Shown in pieces: positions 13,870 to 25,636 of a DNA stretch of 64,000 nt. The stretch's first letter is position 1; every line of letters starts with the position of its first letter. The position numbers and the translations under genes were made by a program. The stretch comes from Tubiluchus corallicola. Its lineage: Eukaryota > Animalia > Priapulida. The stretch lies in contig JAQGDQ010000711.1 in assembly GCA_030141605.1 (NCBI GenBank), positions 44,789 to 108,788 of the forward strand, given 5' to 3'. The notes beneath the pieces were generated by a model. It searched no databases and had not been told where the DNA came from. It worked only from the letters and a program-made list of their open reading frames with translations.

Positions 13870-14100
13870 CAGAGGCGTCATTGGGAACACCTTATGAAGA
13901 ACTTTTAATACGAATATTGGAGTCCCCCAGGGGGACTGTCTTGGTCCAATACTTTTCACGCTCTACCTAGCAAATGCACTTAAGATCCAAACTCCTCCAA
14001 ATGATGATGATGATTACGACACCACTCTCTGTGATAACCTTCCTTACCATGTTCTGGACCACTCCTATCCTGCTCTGGAATCCCATGAACCATTGATCAA
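13870..14100 (+). mobile_element. LINE reverse-transcriptase fragment
   Basis: Translates NTNIGVPQGDCLGPILFTLYLANALK, the conserved non-LTR RT GVPQG motif. Confidence 0.75.
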
Positions 14101-14477
14101 CAATACGCGGACGATATAGGATGGATTAGTGTATCGAATTTTCACACAATGAAAAGTAATTTTTAGAGAAAAGAAACCTTTATGTAAACCAGTCAAAACA
14201 GAAGAATAAATTATACACTGTATGTACATTCTTATTCTTATGCTGAGTCTCATCATAAATGCATTCATATGCAAAGTTGTACAGAATTGTATTCGCGTTC
14301 TTAGTACATAATCTGCTTAAGCCTTTTCCTTTCAGTGAAATTCGTCTCGCTATCTCGTCTCAACGCATTGACAATTCTTAATGTCTTGCAATAAAGAAGT
14401 AACTTTTCTTTCAGTAATAATCTGCTGGTTCTATAGGTTTCTACTTTACGCTGTATAACGACTATATCTGACAGTTT

Positions 14478-14780
14478 TTAAAAGAAAGACAAGGTTTTTG
14501 TAATGTTGGTTTCCTTTTACTGTTACCATTTTTAGACTTAGTAAAAATGTAATAAAGAAATTTTGCAAAAAAATGTTTATAAAGCATGAAGTTAATCTAT
14601 GCTACTGCTGTATAGAAATTTTCGGGGTGCGGTGGCATTCACTTGAAAATCATGACGTAACTGGTGGACTTCTTGACCTATCGTTAGTGCATCGTGCATC
14701 GTGACTTTCCGTAAGCAAGAGCTGCTTAAACTAATTCAAAATTCTGCTGTTTACCTAATGTTCGTGCAAAAATATCAGTT
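14478..14780 (+). mobile_element. Partial Kolobok-like MITE copy (left part)
   Basis: cattcacttgaaaatcatgacgtaactggtgga...ctgcttaaactaattcaaa matches 28650-28745. Confidence 0.6.
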
Positions 14781-14845
14781 GTCCACAAGGCATAACATAA
14801 TCCTTTAACATAATCGAAGGACTCGTTCTTTCCTTGCTGCTTGAC

Positions 14846-16263
14846 ATACACATTACCACACGGTGACATCATTTTCTCGTGTCTCGTACACACATTACCA
14901 CACGGTGACATCGTTTTCCCGTGTCTCGTATACACATTACCACACGGTGACATCATTTTCTCGTGTCTCGTACACACATTACCACACGGAGACATCATTT
15001 TCTCGTGTCTCGTATACACATTACCACACGGTGACATCATTTTCTCGTGTCTCGTACACACATTACCACACGATGACATCATTTTCTCGTGTCTCGTATA
15101 CACATTACCACATGGTGACATCATTTTCTCGTGTCTCGTACACACATTACCACACGGTGACATCATTTTCTCGTGTCTCGTATACACATTACCACACGGT
15201 GACATCATTTTCTCGTGTCTCGTACACACATTACCACACGGTGACATCATTTTCTCGTGTCTCGTACACACATTACCACACGGTGACATCATTTTCTCGT
15301 GTCTCGTACACACATTACCACACGGTGACATCATTTTCTCGTGTCTCGTACACACATTACCACACGGTGACATCATTTTCTCGGTGTCTCGTATACACAT
15401 TACCACACGGTGACATCATTTTCTCGTGTCTCGTACACACATTACCACACGGTGACATCATTTTCTCGTGTCTCGTACACACATTACCACACGGTTACAT
15501 CATTTTCTCGTGTCTCGTATACACATTACCACACGGTAACATCATTTTCTCGTGTCTCGTACACTTACCACACGGTGACATCATTTTCGTGTCTCGTACA
15601 CATTACCACACGGTGACATCATTTTCTCGTGTCTCGTACACATTACCACACGGTGACATCATTTTCTCGTGTCTCGTACACACATTACCACACGGTGACA
15701 TCATTTTCCGTGTCTCGTACACACATTACCACGGTGACATCATTTTCTCGTGTCTCGTACACTTACCACACGGTGACATCATTTTCTCGTGTCTCGTACA
15801 CACATTACCACACGGTGACATCATTTTCTCGTGTCTCGTATACACATTACCACACGGTGACATCATTTTCTCGTGTCTCGTATACACATTACCACACGGT
15901 GACATCATTTTCTTGTGTCTCGTATACACATTACCACACGGTGACATCATTTTCTCGTGTCTCGTACACACATTACCACACGGTGACATCATTTTCTGGT
16001 GTCTCGTACACACATTACCACACGGTGACATCATTTTCTCGTGTCTCGTACACACATTACCACACGGTGACATCATTTTCTCGTGTCTCGTACACACATT
16101 ACCACACGGTGACATCATTTTCTCGTGTCTCGTATACACATTACCACACGGTGACATCATTTTCTCGTGTCTCGTATACACATTACCACAAGGTGACATC
16201 ATTTTCTTGTGTCTCGTATACACATTACCACACGGTGACATCATTTTCTCGTGTCTCGTACAC
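14846..16263. repeat. Minisatellite, 39-bp unit (cacacattaccacacggtgacatcattttctcgtgtctcgta), about 36 copies
   Basis: Period 39, equal to the 13-aa repeats in the spurious ORFs. Confidence 0.97.
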
Positions 16264-16693
16264 GAAACTGCACGAAAACATTTTTGATTTACTAAAGTAT
16301 TATGACACGATGTGTAAAGGCAGGTTTCATCAGGAAAAGTCGTAAATTTGGCTTGTGTAACGCCTGCAACTTGTTGATACGAACTATTGCCGTTGCCGTT
16401 GTTTCTAATCACGTGGGAATCGACGGCTAGATACCGCCTGTCATCTTCCATCTGAATTTAATGTGTCATTTGGGAAAATCAAATTATTTTTCTTAAAGTC
16501 ACGGTAAGTCAAGCGCCTATCAGTAATTGTCAGTTGGACAGTCTGGAGACTTAGATTGTGCAACAGACTGTGATACAGTAGCGTCAAAAACGGAATAGAA
16601 CGGAGCAGAAAGAAATGGAATGGAACGGAATGACTGTGCGGAGCAGCACAAAAAAGAGCAAGAACAGAATGGAACAGAGCAGAACATAGTTGA

Positions 16694-16722
16694 ATTATTA
16701 TTATTATTATTATTATTATTTA

Positions 16723-16786
<64 letters not shown>

Positions 16787-16822
16787 ATCATCATTATTAT
16801 TATTATCATTATTATTACTATC
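16694..16822. repeat. (ATT)n microsatellite
   Basis: Direct reading. Confidence 0.95.
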
Positions 16823-17684
16823 ATATTGTTTTATGCGTCTTTTCTCGTGGCTACGCTAAATGAGTATTTCAAAATACATTTCACGTGGTTTTTCCATTTT
16901 CTGCCAAAGTACGGAAACGAATCCTAATTTCTTTACTGATTTTTTGCATTTTTAATATATTTACGTTTCTACTTTGAAGCAAAAGAATGACAGCTTTTCA
17001 ATGAAGTCATCGGCCTACTGTTACTTTTCACGAATAAAGTAGCCCCTGGTCGTGCCATGAATTTCTAAATGCTTTGGGTGCATGTACATTTCTGCTGTTT
17101 TATAATCTTAGTCTGTGCAAATTTACAGTTAAGCTTGGTCCTAATTCCATATTCTTATACCAAAATTTGCTTTAGTCACAACCATTTTATTAGTACTGTA
17201 TTTTATAGTGTACGTTTCTGTAATGTCTTAACAATTTTTATACCACGTACTTGAGAATTTAAAACACCTTTGCCACCGCAATAACTACCTTTGCAAAAAC
17301 TTACTTTGTAAACTCGCTTTTATACTGAATTAAAAGGTTAGAAAATGCTGCGCTGCTGCAATGGAGGAATGCACGTACTACATAAAATAAATATTATAAT
17401 AGGTCTGCAACCGTTATGCTATATGTTGCTATGTTGCAAGAATATCTTATGAAGTTGGCAACGTATTCTTGTATTGTCAGAATGTTGGTTATAATCAACA
17501 TAGTGGAGTTGGATCAAATGAAATCTTTGAACTGGTTTATTTTAATTTTTTAAACAAAAATCATGATGGAATCTTTTCCAACAGAACAAATGTTGTGATC
17601 GTTCAAGATAACATTGAAAACCTGTTGATAACGTACTCAATCGAGTTACCATTATAACCTTTGTGATTATCACCAATGGGTCAC

Positions 17685-18180
17685 CTTCATCATTATCATG
17701 AGCATGATCATCATCGTCATCAGCGGCAGCGGTATCTTCATCGTCATCACATCAACGTCATCATCATCATCATGTTCATCCTCGTCATCAGCGGCAGCAG
17801 CATCTTCATTGTCATCTACATCAACATCATCATCATGTTCATCCTCGTCATCAGCGGCAGCAGCATCTTCATTGTCATCTACATCAACATCATCATCATG
17901 TTCATCCTCGTCATCAGCGGCAGCAACATCTTCATTGTCATCTACATCAACATCATCATCATTATGTTCATCCTCGTCATCAGCGGCAGCAGCATCTTCA
18001 TCGTCATCAACATCAACATCATCATCATCATCATCATCATCATCATGTTCATCCTCGTCATCAGCAGCAGCAGCATCGTCATCAACATCAACGTCATCAA
18101 CATCATCATCATCATGTTCATCATCGTCATCAGCAGCAGCAGCATCTTCATCAACATCATCATCATCATTTTCATCGTTA
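17685..18180. repeat. Compound (CAT/CAG/CGT)n trinucleotide repeat with a super-period of about 63 bp
   Basis: catcatcatgttcatcctcgtcatcagcggcagcagcatcttc recurs about 6 times. Confidence 0.9.
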
Positions 18181-18558
18181 TAATTAGTACCGCTAACATA
18201 ACAGTCTGTTGCAGCTGTTAATCATCCACCGTGAAAATACAGATTTGTCGTTTTTGCAAACTTAAAAGTTTTCCTCATACGTTCAAGTTCTAACTTGTTA
18301 CTTTTAGTAGCTTATTTGTTTTCATATTTTATCTATATATAACACAAATAGCCTTGTAGAAAAACGTAATCGAGACTAGCATATGTTGTTCCTCTGCTTA
18401 GTTACTTATTGGGTAGCCACTATCATTTTTTTCGATTTTTCAATTCCAACTCCAGAATGCTCATTAAGCACTAAATCTGAACCTTTAAAACGTCTTCAGT
18501 TTCTTGATATTGGTGCATCATCAGCAGCTGCATTGCAATGGTTTGTCTTTATTTTCAG

Positions 18559-18715
18559 GTATCAAGACTTACTTCATTGTCCCAAAGAAAGAACAGATTA
18601 CTGAGTTGGAGATTTCACCTCACGAGGTCTCACACGGGATGCAGTCACAAGTGTCTACACCTGGCGAGCAGTCTTGCATTTCAGATAATACATCTTCCAA
18701 TGGCGGACCAGGAAT
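18559..18715 (+). CDS. ADCY9: Adenylyl cyclase 9-like internal exon (end of C1a, start of C1b)
   Basis: ttttcag acceptor and gtgagt donor. Translates (G)IKTYFIVPKKEQITELEIS..., matching the G-L-K-T-Y-L-I end of AC9 C1a. Ends in phase 2, compatible with the exon at 28283. Confidence 0.75.
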
Positions 18716-18819
18716 GTGAGTAGTTTCCCTTTTTGTTTTAGTTTTGTCGATCTTTGTCTGTTAGTTTTTCTCTCCCTCTCTCCCTCGTTTGATTTCCTAC
18801 ATCTCTTCCTCCATCCTTG

Positions 18820-19295
<476 letters not shown>

Positions 19296-20689
19296 TACAC
19301 GCACATCATTACCATTTCTATTACTTTCTTTTGATCAAAGTCTTGTGTGCGTTTTCATCTTGTTCTTGTTGACTGTATCGAATGCTTTGTCACAAGAGCA
19401 CTACTATTGCATTAAAGTTGAAAAGTGAAACGTTCCAGGCTTCCATTGACCATTATAGTAGCTATTTAAATATTTATGCGAATCCAGTAATTAAGCTGTT
19501 TGGGTTTGGCTGGTGCTGCGTTCCATGCTAGTCCGCGTTCGTTGTTCTCGTTCCGTTTGTGTAGATTTTAGTGCGGATAATTCGGACAACTGGAGACGGG
19601 ACAACTTTTAATTTAGCAAAAAACGTACTTATTCCTTGTTACTGTTTACTTCTACAACAGCTGTTGTTGTTACCGTTGCTTTGTTCAAAGCAAGAAGGAA
19701 CATTCTGGATTTGTGGTGACATCTTTTTCCTTATATTTTCACTTTTTAAAGGCTTGCATTTTCTCGTAAAAGAAACTGTAAACGACATGTTGTGGATATC
19801 TAATTTGAGTAGGATGTTTACTCATTTTATTGCTTTTTTTCTTGAATATGCAATAAATAACTGAATAAAAATGCATATGGATAAAATGAAAACGGAAGTG
19901 AGGCTGTGAAGTTGGTGTTGTTCGTTATAAAAACAAAATGTCTCTACAAATTTGTCTATTTTATGTTAATTTATTACTTGGCATATATCCAATAAATTAA
20001 AATCTAGTATGAATTCAATTACATAATGCATAATCTAGATTCTTTTAGACATTTTTCTGTATACATATATATATATATATATATATATGTATCTTTAAAA
20101 CCAAGGGTAGTTTACAAACTGCAAGTAATAAGCTTGCCGAACCTCGACTTCTGCCACAGTGAAAGAGTTGCTTTTTTTGTTTGCCTTTACACTTCTTCAC
20201 CAGTTTGATAAAATTTTTGGGCAATCTTATGTTTGCGTCAGTTTTGTTGCTTTTGTATGCCTCGTCTACAACGTCTACAAGAGCGCTTACACAGTTAACA
20301 GATAATTCTGGAGTAGTTTGTGTTGTTGTGTTTCTATGGTCGCTTTATGAGAATTATGAGTCTGTAAGAATTCTTCAAATTAAGGTAAGTGAAGTTTGCT
20401 TTGTGTTAGTTAACTTTGTTGTGTTGTTTATCATATTTACTTACATTTTAAATACTATTTTTTGCATTGACCTAATAGTCAAGATCTTAGGCTTTAAAAA
20501 TTACAGCAAAAATCGCAAGTTTAGAAGCTTTCCTTCATAACAGATAGCTGAAATGATTAAGGTGGTTACTAGAATACTAAACTAACTTCGCATTCTTAAT
20601 TTAGTTATTCAGATCAAGAACGAATTCTGATTTCTTTGAAATTTAAAAGGCATGCAACAGTGTTTTCTACATGAACTCTAAAACTGGGA

Positions 20690-20830
20690 ATGAATTTTCC
20701 AACTCCCCACGCAATTTAAATACATTAACCCTAACCCTATCCTTAACCCTAAACCAAGCCTAACCTCAACCCAAACCTAATCTGCTTCACGAACTAATTT
20801 CTTGTTTATGGGGAATTGTAAACTTCAGCC
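20690..20830 (+). mobile_element. Short element with (TAACCC)n-like core
   Basis: taaccctaaccct...gcttcacgaactaatttcttgtttatggggaattgtaaactt is shared with 7653-7790 (reverse complement) and 31520-31575. Confidence 0.55.
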
Positions 20831-20929
20831 TAAAATTGCACTCAAGGTTTATTCTCAAAATCTTTTGTAATTATACTAGTGCCAGCAAGATCTGTCCGAC
20901 ATGTATTTTCTTCTCCGTATTTATAACAG

Positions 20930-21499
20930 GTATTCCTGCATAGAAAAGTACCTGCAAGCAAATCAACTTACTGAGGCGATAGTACCTGCAGATGGGCTGT
21001 GTATTCTATATGCGGTACACGGAGCACTGATGTCCATACAGTGTGCTCAAGCTAAGCTTTCAGAAGACATCCTCAAAGAAATGATGCTTGATGAACTCGT
21101 CGAGCATTTAGATGACTACCTTCCATACTCTGCTAGTGATGCAGGGAGCACAGTGGAAGCAGTGAAAAGATGGTTATGCGAGGGGGGAAATTGTCCAAAC
21201 GAGTGTGTTTATTTTGTTCTCCAAGTACTTGCTCAGACATTAGGTGTTGTGATTCTAGTAGTACAAGAGACTACTCCAGGGAATTTGAATGTGATAAGGC
21301 TCAAGCCCGATAGGCTGCATGATCCAGGTGCAGCTGCGTATCATAGTATAACCCTTGTGAGAAGAGAAGACCATTTTAATTATGGCTATTGCATAAAAGA
21401 CGAATGCAATGCTGTATTTGCAGCAAGTCAACCACTGCCTGATGTGGTAACAACTTCTAGCACAGATGACATTGAACAGAAGAAAGATACTTCTGATAG
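20930..21499 (+). CDS. Exon encoding an OTU-like cysteine protease domain (190 codons)
   Basis: Open frame with IVPADGLCILYAV (D-G-x-C Cys box), a QVLAQTLGVVILVV helix-strand and ITLVRREDHFNY (His box with Asn at +2). ataacag acceptor, ag|gtatag donor, phase 2-2. Confidence 0.75.
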
Positions 21500-21769
21500 G
21501 TATAGAAGAATCCTATTTACTGAAAAATTTTGTACATAAGAGCTAGTCATATTGTCATGCTTGTAAATTAGTATTATTTATAGAAATATTTTAGTGCTGA
21601 TTTGATATAAATTTCATTTTTCTTCCTTTGTTTTTTTGCATTAGTTTAATTCAAAAACAATTCTTCCTTTGTTTTTTGCATTATTTTAATTCAAAACAAC
21701 ATATAAGTTTTCTCACAAAGTTCTACAGAAAAATTGCATAGTTATCTTTATCTTTTACATCTATTGCAG

Positions 21770-22003
21770 GGAACAACAAGTTTACTTTCCTATCCTAGTC
21801 AAATACTTCACAGACGATGACAACCAGCCATTCATGTCGGCTTATTTCCATCCACATGACACTTTACAAGATGTCTTCAAAATGCTTGGTGCAGATTGGT
21901 ATCAAGACAAACGCAGCCATGTAGTTACTGCTAATGCAACGTTTAATAAAACTTTAGCAAAATTGTTAAAACAAAAAATGGCTGGAAGCCCAGGTCCTGA
22001 AAG
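21770..22003 (+). CDS. Second exon, in frame with the OTU exon (78 codons); possible ubiquitin-like/UBX-like segment
   Basis: Polypyrimidine tract plus ttgcag acceptor, ag|gtacag donor, phase 2-2. Open frame EQQVYFPILVKYFTDDDNQPFMSAYFHPHDTLQDVFKMLG... Confidence 0.6.
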
Positions 22004-22017
22004 GTACAGAAAGATGT

Positions 22018-22585
22018 AATAATTTTTAATTGTCTTTTTTGTCAGCTAAACGTGGTTGCCTTAGTAATGGGAATTATAATTTTTAATTGTCTTTTTTGTC
22101 ATCTAAACGTGGTTGCTTTAGTAATGGGAATTATAATTTTTAATTGTCTTTTTTGTCAGCTAAACGTGGTTGCTTTAGTAATGGGAATTATAATTTTTAA
22201 TTGTCTTTTTTGTCATCTAAACGTGGTTGCTTTAGTAATGGGAATTATAATTTTTAATTGTCTTTTTTGTCAGCTAAACGTGGTTGTCTTAGTAATGGGA
22301 ATTATAATTTTTAATTGCCTTTTTTGTCAGCTAAACGTGGTTGCTTTAGTAATGGGAATTATAATTTTTAATTGTCTTTTTGTCAGCTAAACGTGGTTGC
22401 CTTAGTAATGGGAATTATAATTTTTAATTGTCTTTTTGTCAGCTAAACGCGGTTGCTTTAGTAATGGGAATTATAATTTTTAATTGTCTTTTTGTCAGCT
22501 AAACGTGGTTGCCTTAGTAATGGGAATTATAATTTTTAATTGTCTTTTTGTCAGCTAAACGCGGTTGCCTTAGTAATGGGAATTA
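22018..22585. repeat. Minisatellite, 56-57-bp unit (ataatttttaattgtcttttttgtcagctaaacgtggttgctttagtaatgggaatt), about 10 copies
   Basis: Direct reading. Confidence 0.95.
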
Positions 22586-23105
22586 AAAACCAGTTTGTTT
22601 TAGCTGTTCCAATGGTGCTATGCGTTTTTGAGCTTTTTAGCTTAGCGTTGTTATCTTTGTTGGAGCTCTCTGGTGAAGGACTTGATTTGTTAAGTTAAAG
22701 AATGCAATTGGAATTATCGTTTCAAAAATGCCTCTAAACATTTTGTATTTTTAAAATTGATCATGATCATTTTCATTTTTACTTTGCTTGTTATATTATT
22801 AATGCGGCAAAACTTTTTGTGCACAATGAAACTGTATCCTTATTGGTTAATATACATACATAGTCTCAGGTAATATCTGTTTGGTTGTCTTTTTGTCTGC
22901 ATTGCAAGGGCTTCTGTGTTTAAAAATTTTGCTTATTTCTCAATTACTGGAGTCGATTTATAGTTGGTATTTCTTGTTATCTGTTAAGCTGCTGCTTGCT
23001 GAGCATGCGCAGTAACTCCTGCTTATTTGTTAGAGTTGTTCATAAGTATTCGTGTTTGTGTGTACATAATTGCGTAACCTGTGAATTTTTTAAGCTTTTC
23101 AGATA

Positions 23106-23582
23106 CAGTGTTCCCTCGCTACTTCGCGGTTCGTTTATCGCGGACTCGCTGTTTCGCGGGGTTTTGCGGTACTCCGTCTAAAGTATTTTTGCACATGCGT
23201 AGTACGTATTGTATAGTAACGTATAGATTTGATGAATTTTACAGTAAATAGTATATTTATTCGGCGGATGAATGCACACCAAAAACGAAATGTAGTACTT
23301 GCGCCTGCTTGAGATGCTACTTGCCGACGTGAGATTGTACACAACACACGATTGGTTGATTGATGGAAAGCGACGAACCAGAAATTTATGAACATTTAAG
23401 TAAAGTTTTTTAAAAGGTACATGTACAGTATGGGAAAAGTTATTAAGGAATGGGTTATGTATAAGAGTGTGGGGAGGGTTTATAAAGACTTAAAATAATG
23501 TATAACTACTAAAGTAAGTACAGCGTCCCTACTTCTCGGGTGGGCCTGGAATGGAATGCCCGCGATAAGTGAGGGAACACTA
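23106..23582. mobile_element. Tc1/mariner-pogo (Tigger-like) MITE
   Basis: TA|cagtgttccctcgctacttcgcgg ... ccgcgataagtgagggaacacta|TA terminal inverted repeats (TIRs) with TA TSD. Confidence 0.85.
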
Positions 23583-25545
23583 TATTGTTGATAAAGATAA
23601 CTGCTTGGGCTTCTATATTATATTTAGCACATTAAACGTGCCTGCATGTGTTAACACATGTACAGGATTTGTTGCAGACAGATTTTATGAAAGTGGCAAT
23701 TTTCATTTTTTTGGATTCAAGCATCTGAGTCACAAACGTTTTGTTGTTGTCGTCATCACTGCCTCCCCTGTTGTTAATGTCAAATTCTTTACGTAGGATC
23801 GAAGAGATGTGAGTGTTTAAAAAAAACCTAGTGTTATACTTGCTTTATTAAAAGTAGTTGTTTTGTTATTGTGTGTGGGGAAATAAGAATGCATAATTAA
23901 ATTGAATTAAATTAGGATTAAGTGTATAATTAATTTTGTTATAATGTATGAACTGTGCCGAAAGAGTGACTGAGCAGAGTGTATAAGAGAGTGAGAAGGG
24001 GCAAGGAAAGAGAAAGAGACAGAAAGAGAGAGAGTCACACAGAAATGAGGGGTGAGTGACCACGTGAATAAGTGAGTGAGTGGGGGTGTGGACAGTCAAG
24101 TGAGCAATGTGAAGTAGCCAAGAAAATTTCTTGCTTGAGCACACGGTGAGAGAAGGAATTGTTCATTATTCAAATAGCCCGAGTTGCTGATTTTGTCATC
24201 TGAAGGGAGTTTTGCATGTAAACTTTAAATTACATGTTTAGAGCATTCGAATGAAAAGCCATTTTAAGGAACCAACCAAGCATGAACAAAAAGAAAACGT
24301 TTATTATTTTTATTGGTTTCCATAAAAAACCATTTTCCACTTATTATCTGCTGAACATTTGCCAATATATTTTTGTAATTAATTGACAGTGGATCAAATG
24401 CTACCTGTACACTAATTCTTTATTTTAATGTTTAAGCAATGCTTGTAGTTTTTTTGTATTATTGTCACTATTATTGATATGATAAATACAGACAAATGTG
24501 CAAGCCACAATAATTAATGTGACTGCTGATGCTTGTTGTTGCTGTTTTTGCTGCTTGACTGTAAGCTGTGCTTGTTAGTCGTCATCTACATTGGCTTCAT
24601 TTTGCAATTGGATGTGTGAGCTGAACTAGAATGATTTGAAAATGGTGGGAGTGCCAAGAAGCTTCAACATCAAAGTCCACCATATTGCTGTTTAACAAGT
24701 AACTCGAACACTGTTTACACACTTGCCACTTAATTCGTTCACACTAGCATACTCAAGATGAAAACATAAGGAACCACAATAATGCAAGGTTTTATGAGAG
24801 CAAATATATGTTTGCTCTTTGCACAGGTTTCTCCACATGGCACCTTTCTTCTACATTAAGTTTAAGGTCTCTACTTTATTTTTTACTGACGGAATGACGG
24901 AATAGTAGGATAGCACTAAGTACTGTCCAGTCAAGAAGAGATAGTGCAACAGCATGCCTTTCCTCTGGGATAATGTAACCTTCTAGACTGTTGTAACTTG
25001 TCACCATGCAAATTGCAATAGTTACGCATACATTTAATTATACAATTAATGTTAAACAATGTATAACTTCTGTAATTACTTTTAACTTATGTATAACATT
25101 TAATTACTTCGTACATACTGCAACATTAAATATCCAGGGTGTTCCTCTTTTGTGAGACACTAAGTGGACAGAGCTGTCTGAGCCACACACCATTTCTATC
25201 TGGAGGCAGTGTAACGAGTGAAACAGCTCAGGAGCAAGTTTTTCTGGCAGTCTGCCATCCAATTACCATTCTAGCTCAGCATGTTTAACTTTGATTGGAA
25301 ACAACTACCATGCAAATCTGTCGTACATGGTCCTTAAACTATTAGAACCATTATTTTTCTATAAACCAGATAAATTTATGTAAAAATTTCAATATAAATA
25401 AATAAGTCTAGCTTCAGAATTGTACAATAATCCTGTGTGAAAATTTAACTTAATACGTATAGGTGATCCATATAGGTATTACTGTATCACTGTCAGGTAT
25501 CATACTATTAGGGGACGTGGCATTTTTTGGGATGGGCCAGTTGCC

Positions 25546-25636
25546 GTGTTAAGGCCAGTTGCCATGATAAGGCCAGTTGCCGTGTTAAGGCCAGTTTCCA
25601 TGATAAGGCCAGTTTCCATGATAAGGCCAGTTGCCA
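25546..25636. repeat. Short tandem repeat (aaggccagttgccatgat-like, about 18 bp), 5-6 copies
   Basis: Direct reading. Confidence 0.8.

Noticed and set aside
14726-16451. Long ORFs (up to 474 aa) with His/Cys-rich 13-aa repeats
   Set aside because: A 39-bp unit with no stops opens several frames on both strands, and indels switch frames. This is a minisatellite, not a gene.
1-18558. Upstream ADCY9 exons (M1, C1a: e.g. FKFDVWS, HISE motifs)
   Set aside because: Searched by eye and not found. They probably lie before the window, though a short exon could have been missed.
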